NCBI GenBank assembly: GCA_024679065.1 | Contig: JAGIQG010000010.1 | Coordinates: 40,114,001 to 40,178,000 of the forward strand | Direction: 5' to 3' | DNA: 64,000 nt | Origin: Sphyrna mokarran | Taxonomy: Eukaryota | Part shown: one piece after another, positions 24,862-38,198 of the stretch | Layout: each line of letters begins with the position of its first letter | Numbering within the stretch: the first letter of the stretch is position 1 | Made by a program: the position numbers and the translations under genes | Notes under the pieces: generated by a model | The model's input: only the letters and a program-made list of their open reading frames with translations | Told to the model about the DNA's origin: nothing | The model's database searches: none

Positions 24862-25310
24862 AGAACCATAAGGCTATAAGATATAGCAGCAGAATTAGCC
24901 ATTCGGCCTATCAAGCCTGCTCTATCATTCAATCATGGCTGATCAGTTTCTCAATCCCAAGCTCTGCCTTTTCCCCATACCATTTAATTCCCTTACCCCT
25001 CAAGAACATTTTTATCTCTGTCTTAAATACATCCAATGACTGGCCTCCACAGCCTTCTGTGGCAATGAATTCCATGGACTCACCACCTTCTGGCTGAAGA
25101 AACTCCTCCCCATTTTGGTTCAAAAGAGTCATTCCTTTACTCTGAGGCTGTGACCTCAGATTGTAGCCTCTGCTACTAATGGAAACATCTTTCCCATGTC
25201 CATTCTATCTGGGCCTTTTTGTATTCTGTATGCAATGAGATTCCCCCATCATCTTTCTAAACTTCACCGGGTACAGACCCACAGTCCTCAAATGCTCCTC
25301 ATACTTCAAG
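24862..25310 (-). mobile_element. CR1 3' end fragment
   Basis: Minus strand EEFLQPEGGESMEF..., gcttgataggccgaatggctaattctgctgctatatcttatag tail. Confidence 0.85.
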
Positions 25311-26631
25311 AGAGCTCTTGATAACATATCTTACTTGGATGACAACAGACTTCCTATCATTGTGTTGTATTATTTTCTAATTGGTGATGTATAAAGATCA
25401 CAGCCACACGACTTAAATGTGTACTACAACATCCCACTATTTTTTAAATTAAAATGATTCCCTTTTAGTAAACAAAAACGAACTATTAACAATACAATAA
25501 ACATGACAAATCTCAGCCTTGTGACTAAGATCATGCATCAGATCCAGCCCTAGATGGGATGCAATGTCTTATCAGCTTGGATCTTATTGTCTCCCTTGTG
25601 GAAACCATGAATTGGATTCAACTGAAATTTGAATTTGCTTTTTGGTACAAAGTAGCAATGGATTTGGGTTTGCCAGGTCCATTCTGAGCATTGGTTTCGT
25701 AACTTTAAAAATGGAGCAATTTGTTTAGAAGAATTACAAATGCACAAGAATTGATGAAGCGTGACTTATTTGCTGATATGCCCTATCTTGTCACTATAGA
25801 TCTAGTCTGATGATTGTTCTCACAATGACCTGTATCAAAAGGTGGTGATGATATAATGTGGTTCCACATTATTTGTATATTTGTGGAACAAAATTCCACA
25901 TTTGTTCTGGAATGGCTTGCCCATATATTGATGTTGACTGTCTGAAATGATCTGCTGTCGTGCTCCAAACAAACTAAAAATAGCTTTCAAGTGTAAGTAA
26001 CAGATGTGCTGGATATGTCCTATAGCTGACATGTTATTGGAAATTTAGAAAAATGGTCTGTGATGACTAAGAGATCATCATCATGAACATGAAACTATCT
26101 GTGACATTCATAGCACATAGATGTGCAGGAATTTTGTACAGTGGTCATGTTGATTGGGTTTATCTTCTTAATGTGCCAGATACCTCAATGTCACCACTAA
26201 TCCCTGGACAATACACTGTTTCTCATGCAGGAATTTCAGTATTGTTTATACCATGTCTGCTTGGGGCAACAGTGCAAAATACCCGGTCTCAGTGATTCTG
26301 GGAGGAGAACCTGTTTTTGCTTAAAGATAACACCTTGGGATGTTCTGAGTTTATCTCAGTCCAAAATGGTGTCAGTAACTCGTGAACATCTTGAACTAAA
26401 CCTGGCCATCCATTATCGATACACTTCTAGGGCTCTTGTAGAGTCAGTTCCTAAGATGGCACTATTATAGTTGCTGATTTCTGTGGTGCCCAACACTCAT
26501 CAAGGCTATTTTTAGGATATCTTTGACTTTGCTGTAAATCAAATGTACTCAAACATCTAGTGAAACATATATGATTTTGTTAGGGTTTGCAAATCTGTTT
26601 GAGGTAACCAATTAAATCTGTTAAAGGTAGT

Positions 26632-26933
26632 AAACATGATGACACAGTGGTTAGCACTACTGTCTTACAGTGCCAGGGATGCAGGTTCAATTCCCAGCTT
26701 GGGTCACTGTCTGTGTGGAATCTGCATGTTCTCCTTGTGTTTGCATGGGTTTCCTCTGGGTGCTTCAATTTATTCTCTCATTCCTAAAGATGGGCTGGTT
26801 AGGTTCATTGGCAATGCTAAAATCTCTGTGTATCCGAGCAGGTGCCAGATTGTGGTGACTGGGGGATTTTCACAGTAACTTTATGCAGTGTTATTGTAAG
26901 CCTGTTTGTGACATTAATAAATAAACTTTGAAA
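26632..26933 (+). mobile_element. V-SINE with alternative tail
   Basis: cacagtggttagcac...ggttcaattcccagc head, V-core, tail ggattttcacagtaacttt...tgtgacattaataaataaacttt. Confidence 0.88.
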
Positions 26934-26944
26934 ACTAATGTAAC

Positions 26945-28045
26945 CAGTCAATTACATAGTTGAGGCACCAGGCTGCAACCGTGATATACAACATAAACCA
27001 AGAAACTAGGTAGTGGTTAATAGTTTCCATACATTATCTTGAGCAGTTTGTGGCCAGTCTCCATCTCAAATTTCTTCCCAAGTGATAGAAATGGAATTGC
27101 AAGATCCACAATGAGAGCTATTGTCTCCTGCTCTATGTGGGAGGAGTTTGATGAGCTACTGTTAAGCTTTTGAAATAAATTGCAATTAGCTTTGCTTTTT
27201 GAAGTATACAGTTTCTAGCTCTTTTTGAAAAGCATTTGCTTCCAACGTAGTTTCTTATCTTGGATCATAGAATTGTAGTGAGGATGTTTTCTCAGTTAGC
27301 AAATTTTTGAGCTTAGTGAACATATGTTGATAATCTTTATGCCATAAAAAATATACTCCTTTCCTGAAAAATTCCTGAAGAGGTGACAACTTCTGTTGGG
27401 AATATGTGGAGAAAGAAAGTTGAATAGGTCCAAAACAGAGTTGGAGATCCTCCTTATCCTGTGGAGTTGGCATTGTATGTACGTCCTCCAATTTAATTGG
27501 GTCTGGATGAATACCAGAACTTGGATAAAAAAGCCAAAAAGTTGATTTGTTGTGCATTGACTTCACATTTGTGACTGTTGAAAACGAATTCCTCCCTATA
27601 TGCTGCTTCATCAATCGATGTAGACTGTGATTTTGTTCCTTCTATTTTTCACTAGCAGTGATGTCATCTGCTGTACAAATACATCCTGATACTTCACGAG
27701 TGATATTGTCTGTATGTTGTTGAAAGGTGTCTTGACTGCTAGATTAAAGGGTAATCGTTGAAAGCAATAATTCCTAAACAAAGTCATAAACATTGTTTGA
27801 CAATTGACTTCTTTGTCAAGAGAACTGAAATAGCCATTTTTTTTGCAACCAGTTTTGACCAACATTTTGCCTTTCAAACTTCAGATTTTATTCCTCCAGT
27901 ATAGAAATTTTATGTAGGCAATGTGTTAATGCTTCACTACATTATTTCATGGAGGGTTAATAGATGGAACAGTGTCTTCTCACAAATATAAGACTACATC
28001 TCCTTGAAACTAACTATCATGTCAAAATAATCTGGGCACTATCAT
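26945..28045 (-). mobile_element. Gypsy pol fragment (RT and start of RNase H)
   Basis: Minus strand YCFQRLPFNL, GIHPDPIKLEDVHTMPTPQDKEDLQ and LQFYDP. Confidence 0.78.
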
Positions 28046-28056
28046 GTAATGTTGAT

Positions 28057-28400
28057 GTAGGTGTAGTGGTAGTGTCACTGAACTAACTTATCCAGGATAA
28101 TCTTCGGGGGGCACAGGTTCAAATTCCTCCATAGCAGTTAGTGGAATGTAAATTCAATTAAGAGTGCTTGGAATTGAAAACTACTTTCAGTAATGGTGAA
28201 CATGATGTTCATAATGCCCTTTCAGGAAGGAAATCTGCCATCTTTACCATGTCTGATCTGTATGTGACTCCAGGCTCACTGCAGTGTACTTGACCCTTAA
28301 CGATCCTCCAAAATGGTTAAGTCATTCAGTTCAAAGAGAATTAAGGATGGGCAACAGACTACTGGCCTTTCCAATGATATCCACAAACCATGAAAGATAA
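28057..28400 (+). mobile_element. tRNA-derived SINE, second family
   Basis: A-box ggtgtagtgg, B-box ggttcaaattcc, core aggaaggaaatctgccatc, tail aattaaggatgggcaa. Confidence 0.82.
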
Positions 28401-29659
28401 ATTAATCAACAATGGTGCCACCAGGCATCACCTGCCCACCAATGAATTATTCACCATCACTAATCATTTTAAACAATTTCACAGCAAAAAGCTGGATCCA
28501 TGTTACCCACCATACCTTGTAAAAATCTTCCATGCAAATTTCAGTCTTTCTGAAATAAACTTGCTGAACTCATTAAGCCCTGAAATTAAAAACAGGAAAA
28601 AAAAAGCAGCAGAGATAATGTAGGCAAGCAATGTACATTTTGTAGGATAGTTTGATCTATCAGCACAGGCCCACTCCTTGAAAAGGGGTTAATAGATTGA
28701 ACACACTGCACACCTTTACTTCAGTTGAGGGAACTGTCAGAAGGCGAATGCAAGGAGGGAGCTCAGCCGATCATCAGAAAAAGGCACTCTACAATCAATA
28801 CAAGTTGACCATTTTGGATGATTATCTGTCAATAACATACTTGAGCTAGACATTGCTGAAGCACTGACTTGCTGGAAATATGTAACAGATATGAGCATTC
28901 TGATGCCACACATGAGGCATTCATTTGCTCAGATTAGAATAATAAAGTAATTGCTTTTTTTAAAACCTTTTTCTTCTTTCTCAATCTGTTCAATTTGAAA
29001 TCATTTTAAATCTGTTTTGTTTTTAGTCTGTATTCTTGGGTAAAAATAAACTAATCCCATTAAACTTAACAGCTTTTTGAGTGAATCATCAATTAGTAAC
29101 CTTTAATTCACAGCGCAAAATGTACTAGAAGGTTGAGTGACTCTTCCTAAAATAAAACGCTTTATAATTGATATTCCTGGATGGGCCACCTCTATTAAAA
29201 AGACTCATTCAAACTCAAAAAAGAACAATCATAGATGAAATAGCATTTTCAGTATAAAACAGAGAAGTTACTTATTACTGAGGGTTTGAATCAAATGATC
29301 CTAAATGGAGATAGCTTGACACTTGAAGCGGAACCTTATAATCAAGGTACAATCAAGATATGGCAAGCTAGAAGAGACAGTTTGAAAATGATGAGGTGAA
29401 AAGATCACATAGCAAATAATTGTGGAATATAGCACAAAAACTCAGTGATTACAGGCTGCGGTCAATCAATTGCTAAAAGAACTAAGTGAAGATAAAGAAA
29501 ATTGGGAACACAAATCTGAGCGTAAGTTCACTGAAGTTTAATACCAAAAAAGGTATTTGTGAAAAAGAGTTTAAGCAAGAAATGGAAAGAGAAAGCATGC
29601 AATCAGGAATGTGAACAAAAAGAAAGTTCAGAATGAAGCCTTGAAAAATGTGAGTGAGG

Positions 29660-29935
29660 TAGCAGGGAAGTGGTGGTGTTATTTTCAATAGAACAGCAAA
29701 TAGAGACCCATGGCAAGATCTGGAGACCCAAGTTCAGATCCTACAGATGGTGAAATTTGAATTCAATAACAAACCTAGAATTGAAAGTCTAATGATGATC
29801 TTGAGACCATTATCAATTGTCGTAAAAATCCCCATCAGGGAAAGAAATCTGCCATCCCTACCTGATCTGTATGTGACTCCAGATCCACAGCAATGTGGTT
29901 GACTCTTAAATGTTGTCTGAAATAGAGCCACAGTC
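29660..29935 (+). mobile_element. tRNA-derived SINE, second family, truncated
   Basis: gaaatctgccatccctacctgatctgtatgtgactccagatccacagcaatgtggttgactcttaa. Confidence 0.8.
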
Positions 29936-30219
29936 TCTTTCCAGGATGAATTGGTGCACAATACCTACGTGGGAGGAAACCAACCTTTAGACCCCCATCC
30001 TCCCATTTTGAGAAGAACATTGGAGCAGGTGCATACCCACTCAACTATTGTTATAAAATAAAGCAAGTTCAATGGCATCTGGACAGTGTGAGATTAATAT
30101 CTGAGCATATGCATCGTTGCCTTGATACCTCTCAGAAACATCACACAGACATAATCTTCACAACCACCCACACTCCTTCTCTGTAGGGAAGGATACTTTG
30201 ATTAGTAAATTATGTGTGC

Positions 30220-30560
30220 TGAAATGCACACTCATTTAACTTCACAGGGAATATACCTGACAAAGTTGACACTGAAACATTTGCAGAAATATTAGTAAAG
30301 GTGACCAGAAGCTTGGTCCAAGAAATAGATTATAAGGAGAAGAAAGAGAAAGATGGATAGTTGAGGAAGGGACTTCCAGAGATTAGGAACTAGGTAGCTG
30401 AAGGTACCAATGATGAAGTGATGGAGATTGGAGATGTGCTAGAGGCTAGAATTAAAGGAATGCAGAGAACTCAGGTGATTGTATTTGTGAAGTAGATTAC
30501 ACAGATAGGGCAAAGCCATGTATGGGATTGAACACATAGATTAGAACTTAAAAGTTCCTG
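30220..30560 (-). mobile_element. Old L2-like LINE 3' fragment
   Basis: ggtgaccagaagcttggtccaaga...ggacttccagagattaggaactaggtagctgaagg. A similar piece lies at 31945-32030. Confidence 0.5.
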
Positions 30561-32683
30561 GCATTGTGAGACCAAAATTCAATATCTGTAAAGGAATATA
30601 GGTTGAAGGGATGTAACCACGAGTATAACTTTCTGATCCCAACTGCTGCTGGAATTGTCTGGGCCTTCCAAAAATCAATGAAAATTTGTCTAGGCCACTG
30701 CAATTCTTAACAGGTCCCATCACAGGGGGATTGGAAAATACCTGGCCCGTTAGATTGGAATATAGACAGCAGAGATTTGGATGAGCTGAAGTTTTTGAAA
30801 GGTGGGAATACAGCATGGGGTGCTTTGGAACAATGGCATCTGGTGGTAACAAAGGCATAGATGAAAATTTCAGCAGCTGAAGAGAAAACATGGCATCTTT
30901 ACAATGTGAAAGCAAGATTACTTAGTGGTGGAGGGATATAATGAAGGGTGAAAGTGGTTGATGTGTTGTGATTTAATGGATAAGGGAACGATCCCTTATT
31001 TCAATGTTGGGAAGTAGGCTATGGTATTGATAGTACACAGACATCTGTGATACTTCTGTAATAAAGATTGGTTAAATTTCCATTAATCCATGTTTGCCCT
31101 CCTGAGGATGGCATATCAGAGAATGCCCATAGGGGATGCCACACCATCTATTGAGAGCCTTTGTGGGTAAAGGGCATGGGACTGAAAAAGTGGTGGTGGT
31201 GGGGGATGGGGGCTTGTGTGGGGAGCTGAAAATTTGTTGGTGTTCTAAGCCTGAGAGGCAAAATGCTTAACTTCATTCCTCAGCTGCAAAAAACTAGCAT
31301 TTAAAATTGGCAGATTTTCTGTGTCAGAACTTTCTCATTTCTGTCATTTGATTAGCGGATCCTGCAATTGATGCACCTCATAAAATCTCAGTCTGTTACT
31401 CTTTGCAGTGAGAGTGTAATATCAGGAAAATCGCAGCTGTAACCATGAGTTGTCACTCTGAACTATGCAAAGAGCTGAATGGGGATTTTCTAGGCAGAAT
31501 GCAAGCTCAGAAAACAGGAGGAAAAGGGATTTTCAGCCACAAGTGGTGGACTTGATTTCCATTTGAATTTGCTCACGGAAAATTTTCATGCATTACCCAT
31601 TCACAACTTTATGACTTTCCATTCTAGGATAAGTAATTTTTATTATGTACAGATATCAAGGGATATGAATCAAAGGATTTAAAATGGAGCAAAAGTATAA
31701 ATCAGACATGATCTAATTAAATGAAAAAAAAAACAGGCTTGAGGGAGCTAAATGACCTGATCCTGTTCATATAGCAATGCCCTGAAAAGTGCAAGGACAT
31801 TTTTTACCCTGTTATAAAGGTCAGACTGTGTTATCACACTGAGCTGCTACTCCATCCTGAGGTCCTGGAAACTCCTGTTGGCCGAACTCCAGTTAGAGAG
31901 AACACACAGTTGCTGTTCACTTCCACAGCTACTTCCAATTTACCATGGAAGGGACTTCCAGAGGTGAGGGAATAGACAGCTGAAGGTACAGCCACCAATG
32001 ATATCTGGGAATGGAGGTGAGCAGTATTGGGGCGAGGGATAATATTGTAACTTTCCCAGGCCTCTTCATCATTCCTGTGATTGCTCAAAAAATATGTCTA
32101 AAAATTCTCTAAAATGATGAACTTCTAAAGTGTGCCAGAGGCCCTTCTGACCAAATAGCTATATCATCAAATTAGGTCCTCTCTAGTTGTTTGAGAAGTC
32201 CAGGGTCTGGGTAAATTGGTCCAACAAAAATAACTGGAAGGCCTCTGCTGTTCATGACCACAAAATGGTCCTAACATTCCTTCAGACTCTGATCCTACTC
32301 TAATGAACAATGTCCAACGGAGCAGGTTGTGACTGTCAGAAAATTACCAGTTAATAGAAAAGTCTTCAGCAAGATAGCAGGGAATACAGGATATTCGAAA
32401 TACCCAGGTCTTAAAAAACCAGGTCACCAAATCCATCAGAGTCATAGGGTACGTAGATTGTGGGTTCAGACTTTACTCATAGAAGTACACACAGCCGCAG
32501 ATCTAAATGTTAAAAAGGTACTTTTTCTTTCCCCAGGCTGCAAGGAACAGTTGTTCAGTTAGCACTTGTCATAGAAATAGAATAAATAATGATGGTACCA
32601 TGTTGATGTAGAGGGTGGTTTTTCAAATTTTCAATACTTAAGTGTCGCTAGAGACTCAGAACATCTTTTTGAAACATTATCCT

Positions 32684-32775
32684 AGTTCTGACGAAAGGTC
32701 ATAGTCTGAAACATTAACTTTGTTTCCCTCACTCACCAGACCTACTGAGTATTTCAGCATTTTCTGTTTTTATTT
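32684..32775 (+). mobile_element. Penelope-like pLTR fragment (second family) with near-intact minimal hammerhead
   Basis: agtt-CTGACGA-aaggtcatagtct-GAAA-catt-aact at 32684-32719, with stem I agtt/aact. Confidence 0.72.
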
Positions 32776-33499
32776 AAGATCTTCAATCATTCTGTTCCAT
32801 TCTGTTAGAATTGCCCTAATGGTATAACACAATTCCCTGCTTAAGACAGGATTTATGAGTGCTCTCTCTCTCCCTTTCTTTCTTCCCCCACTGTTTGAAT
32901 CTTAGACTGCCTTTTCATTACGTGAAAGCTTTTGGAATTCTTCCTAATAATAAAGCCTTTGAATATAGTGGCAAACTGAGAAATTGGATTTTTCAATCTA
33001 AAGTAGCATTGTAAAGCCTTTCACTGAAATGCTGATGGACGGGATGACAAGAAAAGTACAAGAAAGGATGATGGTTTTATGCTTTTCATGTCTTTAATGA
33101 TATACGTCACATCATCCACTTTTTGAATTTTTCCTATATAGTCAAAGAAAAATTGATTAGACAATTACCTATCTTGATCTCGCAAATCACCTTGGTGAAA
33201 TGAATGGGATTGAAGATGGTGGGGTTGTGGAATAATTGCACTGCTTTCTGCTGTGCTGAGCTTACTATTGTCTTCCTGATTGGTGGGAGGACTTGCAAAG
33301 TGAAGGCCTTGATTTAGCTGTGATGTTCAATGGTATTGAAGCTGTGAAAGTTGAAACTATGACTGTCGATTCATTCAGATGAGCTGTAGATATTCTGGGA
33401 ATCCAGGATCCTTTTTCCTGCATGTCAGTACTGTGAATACAACACTGGGTCTGCTCTTTATAAAGGCAAAATATTGAAAACACTGGAAACCTGGATTTT

Positions 33500-33776
33500 T
33501 TTAAATTTACCTATTAGTATCACAAGTCAGCTTACACTAACACTGCAATGAGATTACTGTGAAAATCCCCTAGTTACCATGTTTAGATACACTGAGGGAG
33601 AACTTAGCATGGCAAATGCACCTAACCAGCACATCTTTCTGACCATGGGAGGAAACTGGAGCACCCGGAGGAAACCTACCCAGATGTGGGGGGAGTGTAT
33701 AGACTCCACACAAACAGCGACCCAAGCTGGGAATCGAATCCTGGTCCCTGGTGGGGTGAGGCAGCAGTGCTAACCA
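33500..33776 (-). mobile_element. V-SINE with alternative tail
   Basis: B-box gattcgattcc, V-core, tail ctaggggattttcacagtaatctcattgcagtgttagtgtaagc. Confidence 0.88.
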
Positions 33777-35129
33777 AGTCGAAGAGAAAGAAAAGAGCAA
33801 AAAACTTAATTAAGCAGCTCATTATTGCTGGTCCATGTCAAGGGGCTGATTTGCTGATTGTTTTCTTTTGTGGTTTTGCCTGATGATGTCATTTACCTTA
33901 TAAGGCTGAAAGTGGGTCCAAAAATGAATGAAGAAAGCAATAGAAAATTCGTTGTTGAAACCCAGAAGATCTGTCAATGTTTCAGGCTGCATACCTCTAC
34001 ACAATTGGAAAGCTGTGAAGAAAGAAACGAGCCTAACATATCCTCTCTATACATTGTTGCACGTATGTTGCTGATAAGATTGTTATGTCTGGGATTGAGT
34101 CTCCAATCTAGGGTAAAATTAAAAGGTCATGTGACCTGTTTAAAGTTTGCCTGGTAAAAGGCTTGAACAATGCGGCTGCAAAAGATTAAAGGGAGGCATA
34201 GATTGCTTTACTGGAAAGAAAGTGCAAGGTGTTCACATTTGGAGACAGTGGCAAAAATTTGCATTTACAGTTAGTTTACAGACTATTAGGACCAGATTTT
34301 CATAGCGTGAGTAAGGGGAATTTCCAGCAACCACACGGCCACGATGGAATTAAGTGTCCTGTCAGAATCAATTTTCTGTTCAGGGCAAAGCAGCAGGATG
34401 GAATCAGGCCCACCAGCATGGGACAGAGATCAGAGGCAGTTACAGAGGTTGCCAAAATTTGAGGCAGGCTGTTTAAAAGGCTTACCTCAATCTCTGGGAC
34501 ATCCTCACTATTGTTTGCTAAATATCATATCCTCTAGCCCTCAACCATGAGCTTCATCATCCACCTTCACCTTCCCTATGCCAACATGTCAACTCGTTCC
34601 CCAATCACCAAACTTCCTCAAATCTTTCATACCATGAAAGATTTGCATGGTATGCACCATGGGTATGGATCTCTTCAGCCATGTTGAGATATCATAAAAT
34701 AAATGTCTCAATGTCTATTACTTCCTTTACTATAATGAAAACCCTCCCATTCATGAAAAACCATATAAAGAACATGAAAAACTTCAAGCACTTAATCCCT
34801 TATCAAAACAGATGAATTCATAATTTAACATCAAAGATAGATAATCCTTCAAAAACCTTTTTGATCTGTCAATAAAACTCCTCAAATGCAACCCCACTCT
34901 CCTGCCCCCTACTCCATGCAAGGATAACTATGAGTTATGGAAGTGGCCAACCATTAATACTGATATAATAGTAGCAACCCTTGTGGTAATAATAGCAAAC
35001 AGCGATTGCAAATTCTGGAACAGATTATTTTCAACTCTTACTGACAGAGGCAGGCTTTTATTATTTTTTGAAAAGACTCAGTATTTAACTAAATTCATAG
35101 ATTAAGTCCTTTCATCTCTAACTGACACA

Positions 35130-35300
35130 AGTAGGCTGCTTAGAAATTTATCAATGAAACATTTTTGAAGTGCCGTCACGGTATTAATCCTGGCAGAACA
35201 TTTGTGCACAGCAATAGCCCATAAACAGCAACAAGATAAATGGCCACATGATCAATCATTTAGTAATATTTGTATTGATGTTGAGGGATTAATTTCAACA
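35130..35300 (-). mobile_element. Old DeuSINE-like fragment
   Basis: caatgaaacatttttgaagtg...tttgtgcacagcaatagcccataaacagcaa...gatgttgagggat; homologous to 59745. Confidence 0.55.
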
Positions 35301-36279
35301 AATGTCAATTGGAACATCTCAATGTAGGAAATTAAATTTTGAGAAAGATGAACTCAGGGAAGTGTATGAATAAAATGAAGATAATCCAGCACTCCATTGT
35401 GGAATCAAGCACCCATTTTAGAAATAATCCTGTTTTCCAGTCTGTTGATTACATTAAAGACCACCCAAACTGCAAGAAAACAGCTTTACTCCCAAGCGGT
35501 AAGATGAAAATTGCCCCAGTGTCATGAACAGGATGATTTCACTTAACTTAAAGACTGATTAACAATGCAGCCTGCTCATGCAAACCTTTTGCCATCTGCG
35601 AGACAGTATGAAGCAGGTTTGCATCGAGGAATGATTTGTTTTATTAATCCACTGCTTCAAATGCAATGTCAAGAGACATTCATTAATCATGTGGTGTATG
35701 AACTGGCATAGAAATAATGAAACAGATAGTGTTATCAACCGCCACAGGCAATATGCACAGCAGCATATCAGTAGCTTATTATGACCATAGGTGAAGATCA
35801 TACTGCTGCAGTCACCAATTGAAAAATAGATAGGAACTGAAAACAAATTATATGCAAATAAAGCAGATGTGGGCTATCAACGTCCACCACCTCTAGCAGC
35901 CCAATGACAGTTGTTACAATTATGATGTTTATATAATTATTATATGTTAGGATTGTAGCTTTAAATTTAGGGTAAATTGGGGTTCAGATGATCTGATCTG
36001 AAGTCTGCCTGACAATATGGCTGGATGGTTTGATTGGTAAAGATCAAAGAAAGGCTCAGATTATTTTACTGAGAATCGGTGAAAGGTATTTATGCTTGAA
36101 GATAATGACAGTCTCAGCATTTGCAATGAGTGGATTCTGAGTCACCCAAATTCCCAGAAAGGTGTTGCTGATATTGTGTTTCAAACAGTTGTGCTGCGAA
36201 TTGTTTCTTTAATTCTTAGGTGAATTGAGCTGAGATCAAGAGTAGATAATTAACAATTCTACTGAGATAAAAGGACAAT

Positions 36280-37312
36280 GGAGGTGGTTCTCCTGGGCCA
36301 CTGGACTGTTCTAGCAGTGCAATGGTCCAGGAGACATTAGCTAGGGCTGTAGAGCAGGCTCCCCACTGCATCTCCGGTTCCATGCTTGTTAGAGTTATCA
36401 GCTCCGCACCAGAAATTGGCATGGAACTGATTTCCATGTTAAAATTTGAATTTAGCGGCCCTGGAGAATAGCATCTCTACTGTCTCCAACCACCTGGAGT
36501 GATTCACTCCAGGAAGGTTTACTTCTGCTCCCCATGAATGGGGAGCAGGTGGCCTGACACCGCTGGAGGGAGCAGAGGCAAAGGACCCTCCCCCCGGAGG
36601 TTGGGGTGGAGTGGGGGGGTGCCAGTGGGCACTGCCATGCTGGGTCCTTGGCATTGCCTAAGGGGCAAACTGGTACTGCCCAAGGGGCACCTTGAGAGGA
36701 GGGGGTTATTTGTGGCAGAGCCTACAGAGAGACTGATCGCGGGCTGTGGAGATCCCACTGCCGAAGTGGGTGATCGAGGCTGGTCATCCAAATTAGGGGT
36801 ACGGGACTGCTTGTGAGGGGGAGGGCAGAATGTGGGTGGACAAGGCAGCAGTTGAGGGAGGTTGGTGTGGGTGATTGAGGCTACAAGTGGAGGGGTGGAT
36901 GAAGGACTGCTGGAGTTGGGGTTTGGAGGAGGAAAATCCGGGATGCCAATGATCGGGGGGTATAGGAGGTTGGACAGCTAATGATCAGGGCGTGGGGTGG
37001 GTCAGGGGTCATGGAGCTGACCAGCGATCAAACTGGCCAACAACTGAGAGGTCAGTAGTGTAGAGCTACCGCATGTGCGCCGAACTCTGCTCTGCCAAAT
37101 TGATGCATGCACAGTGGCTCACTCAGCGCTAAGCTGCTGGCAGGAATAAGCCTTACCTACTGATTTTCAGTCTGAATTTCACTAGGGCACTCTGCAGTGT
37201 TCAAAGTGTGGGAGATTCATTCCAAAAATCACACACACAAAAAAAATGATGGTCGTAACTCCAGTTTCCGTGTGAATTCTGCACTTAGAATGTTTCAGGG
37301 AGAATCATCCCC
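36280..37312 (-). mobile_element. Family A DNA transposon, full length
   Basis: TIRs ggaggtggttctcc / ggagaatcatcccc. Exact 3-bp TSD AAT (36277-79, 37313-15). Confidence 0.82.
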
Positions 37313-37616
37313 AATGTGTTCCATGTTGCAATGGGGAAAACAACAGAACAAGCCATTTTTGCTTCACCGTGGATTTATATTACTTTCCAAAACCTGAGGA
37401 AGACACCTGGAAACAGTCACTTGAAGTCACCACTCAACAAAAGGGGGATACGGGAACCCCTTGGAGGCTAGGGAAAACAATAGGTTGTTTGCTAAAAGGA
37501 CTATATTTCTACGGAGAGTGCATGGAGATAGATATATAAGGCAGGTGCCTCTTCTTGTGTAGATTTTCCACAGGAAAAAAAATAGCAAATAGACGGTACT
37601 TTTAAATTATTTCACA

Positions 37617-38195
37617 GAAACATAAAATTTTAGAATTTCTGCAGCATAGAGACCATTTGACCCATAATGTCTGCACTAGCTCTGCAAGTGACCATTATGA
37701 TTTGGTGCCATTCCCCTCCCTTTTCCCTCTACCTCTGCACATTTTCTATTCAGATTATCAGCTAATGTCCTCTTGAATGTCTCAATTCAATCTGACTCCT
37801 CCATATTTCCAGGCTGCGCATTCCAGACCTGAAGTATTCATTATGTGAGAAAGTTTCTTTTCTCACATTATATTTGTTTCTTTTGCAAATCGTTTTAAGT
37901 GTGTACTGTCATTTGAGGTCCTTTTAAGAATAGAAACAGTTTCTCCCTATCCATTCTATCCAGCACCCTCATAATTTTGAGCATCTTGATGAAATCTCCT
38001 GTTAATCATATTCTCTCAAGGGAGAACATGCCCAGCACATCCAATCAATTCTCGCAATGAATTTTCTCTTCCCTGAAACCAATCTTGTAAATCTTCCCTA
38101 CACTCTCTCCAAATTTTCATGCTTCCCATAGTGTGGCGCCCAGAACTGTGCATAATATTCCAGCTGAGCTTTAACCAGTATCCCTTATAGGTTCG
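37617..38195 (-). mobile_element. CR1 3' fragment
   Basis: Minus strand LEYYAQFWAPHY; tail ...tgctgcagaaattctaaaattttatg. Confidence 0.8.
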
Positions 38196-38198
38196 GGG

